A stretch of DNA of 63,485 bases, counting the filler, from Octopus bimaculoides (Eukaryota), in assembly GCF_001194135.2 (NCBI RefSeq). It is 12 parts of 11 records of this genome, joined end to end, with 100 filler letters (N's around TTAATTAATTAA, not from the genome) between each part and the next. Parts side by side here need not be neighbours in the genome. Positions count along the whole stretch, not along the records: positions 27,100 to 42,063 come from NC_068997.1; 11 more parts are not named here. One strand, 5' to 3'. The notes beneath the pieces are model-generated. The model had not been told where the DNA came from and searched no databases. It saw nothing but the letters and a program-made list of their open reading frames with translations. This document shows, piece by piece, positions 27,101 through 37,805 of the stretch (position 1 is the stretch's first letter; every line of letters starts with the position of its first letter). Position numbers and translations under genes: made by a program.

Positions 27101-27406
27101 GTATATATTTGATGATCTTTAGATTAACTCCTGTTTCTTTGATTCTTGCAGGTATATATTTGATGATCTTTAGATTAACTCCTGTTTCTTTGATTCTTGC
27201 AGGTATATATTTGATGATCTTTAGATTAACTCCTGTTTCTTTGATCCTTGCAGGTATATATTTGATGATCTTTAGATTAACTCATGTTTCTTTGATTCTT
27301 GCAGGTATATATTTGATGATCTTTAGATTAACTCATGTTTCTTTGATTCTTGCAGGTATATATTTGATGATCTTTAGATTAACTCCTGTTTCTTTGATCC
27401 TTGCAG
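27101..27406 (+). repeat. Six tandem 51-bp copies of the M3 exon's intron/exon junction (array abuts a gap, so it may be longer)
   Basis: Unit gtatatatttgatgatctttagattaactcctgtttctttgattcttgcag starts at 27101, 27152, 27203, 27254, 27305 and 27356. Two variable positions (cct/cat; gattc/gatcc). Confidence 0.95.
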
Positions 27407-27600
27407 GTATATATCTGTGTCTTGTCATGACTATGACCTCCGTATCAGTTATAATGGCAGTCATGGTCATTAATCTGTATAATCGAGGAATGAAAACTAG
27501 ACGAGCCCCAAAATGGCTTAGGAAACTGATTTTGGAGTTTGCCTCTAGTCCCCTAAAAATGAAACATGACATAGAACACCTCGCTAAAGTTATCACACTT
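27407..27600 (+). CDS. Internal exon of a Cys-loop ligand-gated ion channel (nAChR-like) subunit: M3 helix and start of the intracellular loop (MX helix)
   Basis: Acceptor ttgcag|G at 27406/27407 and donor CTT|gtaagt at 27600/27601; 194 nt, phase 1 to phase 0. Translates (G)IYLCLVMTMTSVSVIMAVMVINLYNRGMKTRRAPKWLRKLILEF..., matching the nAChR M3 plus P-x-W-L-R-K-L pattern. Confidence 0.9.
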
Positions 27601-28329
27601 GTAAGTGTAAAACTCTTCTTAACAAGTGCATGAAAATAGTTATTATTCTACTTACATGCATGTATACTTTTCTGTTATTTATTCTTTGCATTTCTCCCAC
27701 ATAGAAGTTGCCCTCAACAAAACAGAGCTTCTTTCTCAAAGAATTTAGTTTCACTCTACTAATAAATATAAATTCCTTCCAAATTTTTGCAAATTAGCAA
27801 CCTTGTAGAGTTTTAGAATCATCAGAACATCAAGTATTAGAAAAGCAATGTAAGCGTGTGCACGGACACTGGTATAGGCGCTACTATTTTAATCTTCAAA
27901 CTGGCTACTATGAAATACATATTTTGTGTTATCTCGGCTTCTACTCAAGCTAGAAATTTAATCGAGTGTGCTAATCCTAAGATTTGGGGATCAATGATTC
28001 CAATAAAGACATCTACATTGTACTCAGTATTATCGAAATCAACAAAGGTAAATCAAAAACCTATTTTGTTCACATTTCTGGTAGCTGCTTATTTCATGAC
28101 AAATACATATTGAATATCTTACTTTATAAATATAAGCTTATAAAGCAAGAAAGCAATCATTAGATTTCAGGCTAAATTATAAGTTCTAAACACAAGATTT
28201 ACTCGGTCCAAGTTGAGGAATATGATTTTACTAATATTCATCTCTATCCTGTCATTTTCGTCATTACTGTCCGCGTTATTTCTTCAGTTCTTTCACCATA
28301 AACAAAGACTGTGCTATGTCAGTTGTGTT

Positions 28330-29005
28330 TTCTACATAAAAACTTTAGTTTGTGCCGTAGGCTTTAAACTGACAAATGTCTAACTTGGCAATGGTCTGTG
28401 GTGCAGATGGAAACTTTGCTATGCTAGGTAATATCTTGCTGTTGCCATATTTGAATCGCTCGATCAGACGTTGTATATCACAACACGGTACTTTGGTATT
28501 ATACTCTACTTTGTACTCTTCAACTGTAGGAGACAACCTGCAGATTTTAGCCAGAGGTTTCCCCAAGTAGATACCTCTTTAAATCGGGAATACTTGTTAT
28601 AGGGAGGCTATTTAGTCAATATATCAAGCGTTCAAAGTTGGTCAATGCATCCTTCCCATCCAGCATTAGATCACCTTCCTCTGTTTTATAAGAGATGAGA
28701 GAATGCTTGCACCTCATATCTTCCGCCATTGCTTCATTCCGGTGAATGAGTGGAGTATTCGTTATGCGGCTGCATGCTCGCACTCCAACGCACTTGAGAT
28801 TGACTCAGTGACCGAAGCACAATACACACATTGAAGCGCATCAACAGCCAGAGCCAAGTATTTGAGCCGAAGTAAACTTATTAATGTATCTAATCTGTAC
28901 TAATCTGCTGTTTCTATCAGATAAGAGAGTAAAAAACATGGGAGCCGACATAGTTTTTCTATATGCTTGAAGTATAATCTAAATTTCCCTCAAATCACAC
29001 CCTAG

Positions 29006-29051
<46 letters not shown>

Positions 29052-29061
29052 NNNNNNNNNN

Positions 29062-29108
<47 letters not shown>

Positions 29109-29420
29109 GAAGTTCATTCTTGGTTTCTCGGTCACTTTTCTTCAGCTCTTGCATGTCCACGATGCACCATAGTCAAAGACGTTTGTATTTATCTGATTTA
29201 TAGCAAAGCAGTATTTTAGTGCCTCTTCAGCTTGCAGGTGGTAAACTTGATCCGAATGTATTGATGCTTCGATGAAGAACATGGTGGATGTAATTTGTAT
29301 TGGTTGAAACATTCGACCCGTTTCTCATATTTTCAGCCGCTCAATAAAAGTCATTGTTGATGAAGAACTGAAGCAGACGATCATTGGCAATAGCGATATA
29401 TTCTCAGTTTGTGTTTCTGT
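28330..29420 (-). mobile_element. Highly decayed RTE-like LINE reverse transcriptase remnant in the intron between the M3 and M4 exons
   Basis: The minus strand gives degenerate RT motifs in the expected order: NISLL...ERLK, DQVYHLQ, TNVFD-MVHR, SAPMFFTLL, LDGKDALTNF, SRFKEVSTWGNL, IQRLIERF. Many stops and frameshifts. Confidence 0.55.
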
Positions 29421-30055
29421 CAATTGCTAATTTTGTACTGACATCCTGACTTCATTCACTGGATTTGAGAAAATGAATATGAGGCTTCTCGGCGAAAAAC
29501 TTGTAGTGACTGGTTCACACAGGGCTACACCTATGTGAAACGAAGAATTCTCATGCAGTGGATGCACTTTAGATTGTGTTGTGTTGTAGCGGAAACTGAA
29601 TCGTGTTTAAATAATTAGAGAACAAGGTATACAAGTGGGTCCCTTATCTTTAAATTAGACATATTGAATGAAGAATTTACAGGTCGGGACTAAGATAGAT
29701 GTATAGACAACCTTTATATCACCGATAACTGGAAGGATAAAAATTGCTCAAAGTGAAGCAAGTGTTAAGATAGAAAGTCTAATGACAGACTCTGGATTAA
29801 AAATCTAATCTGCAAATTTTTCTGACCCAAAACTCACACGGTTAGTCTAATTATGTTTCTAAAGTAACTATCGGCCGAGACAATGATCATGCAGCTGTCT
29901 ACACAAATACCTCTGAAGACTCTACAAATAAAGTTTTACTACTTTCTAAGCCTTTTTGACGAAGACCATTAGGAACCACACTGTCTCCACAATACAAGCT
30001 AAATAGAGCCACGTAAATAGCTTAAGTCTGATTTCTTTTTCCTTCATCTTTACAG

Positions 30056-30079
30056 ATTTGTTCGCACACGTGTTTACAT
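30056..30079 (+). CDS. Candidate 24-nt in-frame cassette microexon (ICSHTCLH) in the receptor's cytoplasmic loop
   Basis: Branch-like ctgat (30028-30032), long pyrimidine tract and tacag acceptor; moderate donor CAT|gtatga; phase 0/0 fits both flanking exons. No expression evidence. Confidence 0.3.
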
Positions 30080-30932
30080 GTATGACTTCCTTTACATATT
30101 GATTTTTTTTTAATTAAAAAAAATTTAGAAATTTTAGTTGCCTAAATGCTGGGGTCTTTTGTACGATATACAGGAAATATTTTAAAAGTAATTTGCAACA
30201 GAAATTTTAACAGTATTGAAGATAACGTGAAAATTCATCTTTACCGTTTCTGATATTGTTTTGGTGAAGTGAAATTCCTCAAGACCGGGTTTGCTAAGTT
30301 ATATTTGTATGTGCTCTAGAGATAGCACAAAGAAATATGAAGTTATATTCTGGGTATAGAATCTAGAAATTATTTCTTTATTTCCCATGGCCATTCCCTT
30401 ATTTATTTTACAATTACTGATTATTCATGCTCGACAAATAGCACATTTTCTGTTCATTTTACACTTTATTCGAAGTGACAGTCTATGCTATGAAACGGAG
30501 AATGTAATGGGGGTTTCAAGAAAGATTCTTATAAGATTTCATTTATTATCAAATTTAACTTATTACCTTATCAGATTTAATTTATCGTATGAGATTGTTT
30601 AGGTGTCAAATAACCACTTACTTTTCTAACACTTGTTAACTTTCTATGTCTGCCTTATTTTTTATATCTACCTCTTTGTATCTACCATTCTTCTTGTTTG
30701 TCTGTTGGTCTCTCCCTCCCTCTCTCTCTCTCTCCCTCTCTTTCTCTCTTCCTCTCTCTCTCTCTCTCCCTCTCTTTCTCTCTTCCTCTCTCTCGTTTTT
30801 TTTTGTATCCTGCTTATTAACAATATATTTCTTTTCTTTGCTACTTTAAAGTACTTGAGTACTTTAAGGTTTTATCGTGCTTAAAAATACTAATACTAAT
30901 TGTATGTTTATTTACTTATTTATTTATTGCAG

Positions 30933-31526
30933 ACCGAAGAAAAAGAAGGTCTTTATACGTGCACAAAACACGGAAAAGATAAGAAACAAAATGGTACTAT
31001 CGGTTCAATTGCTGCTCAAAGAGAAAAACACCCTCGTTCTCTCTATGACGTTGGACGTGTACGTCATCGACGTTATACGAAAAGCGATATTGATACCACA
31101 GAACCACTAGAGCTCCAAAACGAAGACGAAGGTACGTGGCTAAGGGAGGAAGAAATAATTCCAGAAAATGCTCCACCCCAACCGGAAGTCTCTGACAAGT
31201 CTCCCGAATGCGAAAACAATAACCATTTTCCGCGCCAGATCTCAGTCAAAACAGAAAACGAAAAAAACATCGATTTTGAATGCAAACAAAATGACGAAAA
31301 ATGGCCGTGTGCTGTGTATCAGGCATTATTATCACGGAAGATTGTAGTGGCAGAATGGCAGCGGATAGCATGTGTTATTGATCGATTTCTGTTCTGGATT
31401 TATTTCATCTCCACCATCGTTGCTTACATTGTTATTCTAGTTATTATACCTGGTCAGCGACAAGATGCACGCGAAGAAGCTAGCCGAGCGCGTGGAAGCT
31501 CAGTTATTAACTCATCATTTACATGA
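30933..31526 (+). CDS. Terminal exon of the same nAChR-like subunit: M3-M4 cytoplasmic loop, M4 helix and C-terminal tail
   Basis: Acceptor tttattgcag|ACC at 30932/30933, phase 0, compatible with the preceding donor. 197 codons plus TGA. Contains EWQRIACVIDRFLFWIYFISTIVAYIVILVIIP, the typical EW..vA.viDR M4 signature. Confidence 0.9.
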   Translation, partial: TEEKEGLYTCTKHGKDKKQNGTIGSIAAQREKHPRSLYDVGRVRHRRYTKSDIDTTEPLELQNEDEGTWLREEEIIPENAPPQPEVSDKSPECENNNHFPRQISVKTENEKNIDFECKQNDEKWPCAVYQALLSRKIVVAEWQRIACVIDRFLFWIYFISTIVAYIVILVIIPGQRQDAREEASRARGSSVINSSFT

Positions 31527-31969
31527 ATCTAAAAGAAAATTTACTATTCAAAGATCGGCTGATAAATTCCTGAATGCCATAACGCATGGAATCACTTTCA
31601 TACATATCTCTACCAAACATACGATCCCTGTGAATATCAACAAATCAGAATCTCATATTTAGTTAAATATCTTCATAAGTCCAAACATTCATACAGAATA
31701 TGTGATATGCTCTCGAAGATTATGATATGCCTGACATCTGAATATATATATATATATATTCAGATCTCATATATACTGAATCTAGTACTTGTAACTATAC
31801 ACCCGCATCCACACGCACATATGGGATTGGGACGCTAATTGAATTTCACGCTCTGCTGCGATGTACTGCATATCTATTGCACGATGCAGAAATAACGACC
31901 AAATGTTCAGTTTAGATACATAAATTTACACGAACTAATGAGTTTGATCCTCTTCGTTCGATTATACAA

Positions 31970-32019
<50 letters not shown>

Positions 32020-32568
32020 CATAATTATTGGTTGAGTTGAATGAATTCACAGATTGAAATTCACAAATCATTTACTAACATATTGCACACTAAATTCAAT
32101 TTAAAACACAGAGATTTCCATATAACATTAAGGCGTCATAAAGGACATGAGTGAGTGTATCAGTCTTAATTTTGTTTTTGTAGCTGCGAGTTGTGAATGG
32201 CATTACAACCTCTGTTCTAATTAAGGATATAAATAAATGCACATGAAATATTGGAAAGATAGGCGTATGCAATGATAATGTAAGCGAACAACTAAATAGG
32301 TGAACGGAAAATAGACATACATGAAATATGGTGTAAAAATACACATCAAATAAACCATACCACCTATCATAGCAATATTATTACACATGTGATAACGTTA
32401 GCCACAAATGTGATGATAATAGTTTACAACAAAGAATGTAATATGCAAGATAGATATTTTATATCGTTGAGTAACAAAATATAGGCCCATGTAATTTTGT
32501 AAATACACACATACATAAAATATTCATTAAAAACCAACCCTTACCTAAGTATATTAAGACTTATTTAA

Positions 32569-32603
<35 letters not shown>

Positions 32604-33142
32604 TAAATACAGCATATATACATTGCAGATATGCATATTCTCTTAAGGATGTATATATTGTGCGCGTGTATATACTTATGCATGTAGTGTGGTGGTGGTG
32701 GTGGTGGTGGTGGTGGTGGTGGTGGGGGCTGATGTTTCGCAAGCAACTTTCGTCGATGTTAAACTTAGAAAATGTCAATAAATGACTGTTTGCTATTCCT
32801 GATTATTTCACACAACAAAAGTAATTTGTTTCATGACATCTTCCAGTCATTATCATCACCGTCGCTGTCGCCGTCGTCACCGTCATCATCATCATCATCA
32901 TCATCATCATTTCTGTTTCGTGGCTGTTTAAATCTACAACTCCTCGTTGACATTTACAAACAACTATTAAAATCAGTCTCATTGGTAAAACTGAAATAGT
33001 AATGGTCTTCCTTTGCACCAGGATTTTAAAATCTGTGATGTGCGTCTTGGTGATAATCTCTCTCTCTCTCTTTCTTCCACCTTCTCAGTCCTTTACTCCT
33101 TCTCCTTTTCTCTCTTATCGCACCCTTCTCCTGCACACAGAG

Positions 33143-33190
<48 letters not shown>

Positions 33191-33811
33191 ATACACACAC
33201 ACAATTAATACAAAGAAAAACTTTCACTGCGGTAACGAAAGATGTTCTGCATTATTTTTCTTTCGAAGTTGATAGACTTAAAACAGTATTATTTTTTGGA
33301 TGTGATTCGACTCAAACCATACGAGAGAAAACATCATCATCAGCTTCATCATCGTCGTCGTCGTCGTCATCATCATCTAACATATACGCTCAAGTATACA
33401 TAGAAACACACAAAGACACACGTTTTGTTTTCACACATATGCATATCAACTGCCGCACTTTCAAAGAGATTTACATCTTTCCTAATTTCTATTCACAAAT
33501 TTCAAAAGCTAGGCATCGCTATTTTTTCAGGTTTATATTTATTTATTTGCCGGTTTTCGCCTTTTACTCGTGGCCCATTTTATCGTTGCAATAATCCTGC
33601 TGTGGTAAACCGGGTCCTGGTTTATAGATATTTTTTATAGATATTCTTCAACTTCCAGCTTTTTTCCCCAAAACCATTCCTTTAAGCCGTCTAAGTTTGT
33701 GTAATAACACTAAGTTTTTCACATAAATCCTTGCTGCTATGTCCTGTCTATGACTAGAGTCGTCGCTGTTATATCTATCTATCTATCTATCTATGCAAAC
33801 ACACACATACA

Positions 33812-33855
<44 letters not shown>

Positions 33856-34699
33856 TATATGTGTTGTGTGAGCATGTATGTGTACATGCAAGTATGTATG
33901 CATGTATGCATGTATTCTCCTGCATAAGCGCTTAATCGAGATGATCTGTGGCAGATTGTTTTTTTCCTTCCTCGTTATATTTGATGCACCACTCTTAGCA
34001 TTGCATCTGCCTGTCTTTTCCTATGATTCCATTTCTATTTGGTAATTTTTGTAATAGCCAGTAATCGATTAATATTACAGCCGTTTGTGACATTTAGTCA
34101 TTAAACATTTATAATTACATGTCTTAGTTTTTCAGTAACTATCCGCACATTCATTCTAAAATGTTCGAATACTCGTTGATGGCTTTCTCTGCATGATTTA
34201 GTTTAATTTATTCATGATAAAACTTCACTTTCTCCAACTCAGATTGCTTCTTGTCCTCTGCATTTACACAATGGCTTACCTTTTTATCAATACTGAATAC
34301 CACATGCACATGTTCAGGGCAGATCAAATGTTTGAACACACGATTGTTTGCCACATACTCTTGCTACGTTTTAATTGTGATCTCAGCTAACCTTTCTCGG
34401 TCTACAATTCTCAATGAAACTATGTTTATATTATACATCTTTTGTCTATTGTTTTGGGAATGAGGTGTAAAAAGCAGAGGCAAATTCAGATAAATTGAGA
34501 CTAGGTTACTTACTTAAGATGTGGCATATCAAAGTTACAACTCATTGGTTTACTAAGATGTATTTTTTTTTTAGTATAGCTTTAATAGTTTTCGATGCAC
34601 TTAAATAATGAATGCAGTGGGTAGATCATCACCAGTGCAGTGGGAACTCGTTGAGCTCTAAAATGAAAATTACTGTTTAGTAATTACTGTTTAGAAAAT

Positions 34700-35100
34700 T
34701 ACTGTTTAGAACGAAATTATCATACAAGTAATATTCGTATTATTAATTTTATCTTCAGATTATATTTTCCCCAGGAAGATGTGTGGAACTCGAATTCAAT
34801 CGAAGCATTATCTGATGCCAAATGCAAAATCCTTTCTTGAACTAAAACTCTCCAGCTCACGAGATCATTGGGAAATGATCTCGTGAGCTGGAGACAATTT
34901 CGGTTCAGTCTGTTAGAATTTTCCAACCTACATTCAACATTGCTCAAACAGTTTATGAAGGTCGGCTTCTTAGGTTCAAAATGTAGAGCGATAGAACGAT
35001 TGTTGAATTAGTTAGGTAAATTGATATTCTGACATCGCTAACATAAAAGAGATGAATTTTACTGTACAAAATTATGGCGGCGTACAAAAATTATCCAGTG
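34700..35100 (-). mobile_element. Possible decayed hAT (Charlie/Buster-type) transposase fragment
   Basis: Minus strand VQERILHLASDNASIEFEF weakly resembles the EqLieL.sD..lk..F segment of Buster-type transposases. Recognition only. Confidence 0.3.
34849..34894. repeat. Perfect hairpin: 21-bp stem, GGGA loop
   Basis: tctccagctcacgagatcatt GGGA aatgatctcgtgagctggaga. Confidence 0.95.
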
Positions 35101-35311
35101 AAGAACGGCATTTCAGCTCGGTATTAAAGTGTTGCTTCTACAGTGACAAACCTTATAAAGAAGGTTGATACCCGAGATTTGGTACTATAATTGTCATAAT
35201 ATATTAAAAAGATGGTTTGTTCTTTAAATTTTTATCTATTTACTACTATGACTAGTGTAAGTAGAATTGGCAGAGGTTTGCCTGACTAAATAACTAAAAC
35301 AACGTCATATA

Positions 35312-35889
35312 CACAGACATGCAGGAGGTAAATAGACACCTTTAATTTTTGAAATCTTTTATTTGATATTAATTGGTTGAAGGAGAGGTTTTCTTCTAGC
35401 TGCTCGTCCACAATACCCAAGCTTATGCAGATATGTAACACACGTTCTTGGACTAACTTCTAGCTGTTTTGCAATGTCAGAAGCCTTCGAACGGGGTTCG
35501 TTTTCCACAATTCTCTTCAAACAGCGAAGCTTCCTTTACGAGGGCTCAGGTCGGCCTGGACGAGAATCTGTTGATTCTTTTCCTTGGCTTTTGAATTGCA
35601 CTATAATTCTATTAACAGTAGCAATAGGGATTTGAAGATTTTTGGCAATTTTTCGCTGGCTAAGACCAGCTCCAAATTGCCCAACAATACGACCTCTTTG
35701 AAAATCTGAAAGTTCTGCTGAATTTTTTGTGCGTGACATGGTTACTCTTCACAAATGTTTAATATAATGGCACCTGGAATGAAAAAGAATAATTACATTG
35801 TAAATTCTACACCGCTGGAAACATAATAAGACGCTTAAATCAGAAATTTTGAAAATTAAAGGTGTCTATTTATTACCTGCATGTCTGTG
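35312..35889 (-). mobile_element. Internally deleted Tc1/mariner DNA transposon with ~40-bp TIRs and TA target duplication
   Basis: Left TA|cacagacatgcaggaggtaaatagacacctttaatttt matches the reverse complement of the right end (catgtctgtg|TA). The minus strand encodes a Tc1-type HTH ([12 protein letters not shown]...[15 protein letters not shown]...GRP) and, after frameshifts, LHKLGYCGRAARRKPLL. No DDE domain. Confidence 0.88.
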
Positions 35890-35896
35890 TACATAT

Positions 35897-35975
<79 letters not shown>

Positions 35976-37397
35976 GATATTGGGACATGCTCTAGATGAA
36001 AGAAGATAAACTTCACCTGAAAATTGATAAGCCTCCAATCTTAGATGCTACCTATCCCCGATAGAAACCAGTTTTTCTGCTTTCTCTGAATCTTGTTTTC
36101 ATTAAATTGGAATACTCTTGTACTATTAACTTTCGTTATATTTTCATCATCTTTGTATGACTGCTTCTTGGAAACATTATTTATTCTTATACGACTTAAA
36201 TACGTGCTGGCATTCGTTTTTCTATAGTTTTCATCTTCACAGAAGAAAAAAGGGAAAATAACATTTACATACATATACACGAAAATATTATTCTCTCCTC
36301 TAAATTTTATTTTTTAACACATATATATATATATATAATATATAATTTTGGAGTAAGAGTTGACAAAATACCATCGGAGAAAATACCTTGCGGTGTTTAG
36401 TTCCGATTCGTTATGTTCTGTATTCAAATCTCGTCGAGGTCAAGTTTGGCTTTTATCTTTCTGGTGTCGTCGATGAAATAAAGTACCTGACAAGAATTAA
36501 GCACGATTCAATATTCCTATAGTTCTATAAAACATCCTTGTACAATTCCATGTGAATGGAATTGTAATTGAAGCAAAGATCTACCTTAGCTAGTCAAGTG
36601 AAAAGCGCATATTCACCAGAAATTGTTAAATATTTACTAGTTTTATTAAACTCACCATTACCTTTCGGAAATTAATGGAAGTGACTGACTACCGTTTATA
36701 TTTCTCCAATAACTCAGTCGGATGGTCGAAATTCTATCTTCATTGTTTCTGCGGCACTTTTGTAGTTAATATTTCAATTACCATGGTTTCATCACAATTG
36801 TCTGAAGTGCGTACAATTAATTTCATCATGATTAAGATGAGGAGGATGGTGATGCTGATGATTATCACCATCATCAACACCACCTTCTTTCTATTTCTTC
36901 TGCACCTTCTCTTTCTATTTTTTCTTCCTCGTTTTCATCATCATCATTATCATCATCATGACACCTATTGTTCCTATTTTATTGTTTTCACATATTCAAA
37001 AATAAATTACATAAAATTTCAGATATATAAAAAAAAGAATAGATGAAGTTTCTAATTCTGACATTTTAAAACCTAGTTTATTCTAAAATACATCGTAATA
37101 AATGCTAATTTCTTGCCATGTGACAGCAATTACAGTAAACGAACATCACCAGACAGGATTATAGAAAAGCATTTGTGTGAAGTCGAATAATAAGTAAATC
37201 ACTGTTACCAGAAGGAGAGTTCCTTGGCTCGAATTAGTAAAAGAAAGAAAATAAATCTCAGATATCCAGAGAGCAAGCAATAACGAACTGAAATTGAAAT
37301 AATATATATATAAACTTTAAATATTTTCTGTCTGATATCGTCAAATACATTTTATTGAAATATATTTTGATAACTGACACACAATAAGAAATAAGCC

Positions 37398-37449
<52 letters not shown>

Positions 37450-37805
37450 CCTATGGAATTTTATGATTTAGTGCGACCATTAGATAGATAATAAGAAGCC
37501 AGATATAGTGTTAATTGAGAAAGAAAGCAAACGATGCTGGATCATAGATATAGCATGCTCCGCTGACAATAAGGGATGCGATAAGGAAGAAAGAAAAGTC
37601 GATAGATACAACAGGTTAACTTGGGAGATTAAGCAGTTGTGGTCGCTGAAAAAGGTGGTAGTAGTAAAATTAATTGTCGGGGCCCTGGAACCGCTCGAAT
37701 ACTCCGGATGGTGCTCACAAAATAAGGGGTGTTACCTTAGTTCACTGGTAGTGAACAGCCGACACCGTAGTAAATCTCCAGCGTTACAAAAATTGTGCAA
37801 AGACA
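37450..37805 (+). mobile_element. 5'-truncated R4/Dong-like non-LTR retrotransposon (restriction-like endonuclease domain plus 3' end)
   Basis: LWNFMI*CDH*IDNKKPDIVLIEKESKRCWIIDIACSAD...KVDRY..L..EIKQLW...VVGAL-like segment matches the PD...D RLE domain of R4-clade elements. Flanked by (TAA)n on both sides. Confidence 0.8.

Noticed and set aside
27101-27406. 51-bp array as a CRISPR-like locus
   Set aside because: Units are contiguous with no spacers; eukaryotic context; explained by duplication of a splice junction.
27109-27633. Track ORF of 174 aa as a stand-alone gene
   Set aside because: It is the in-frame repeat array plus the M3 exon plus read-through past the 27600 donor.
32232-32354. 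AATAAA hexamers as the receptor poly(A) site
   Set aside because: AATAAA is very common in this AT-rich DNA; cannot choose a site without 3'-end data.
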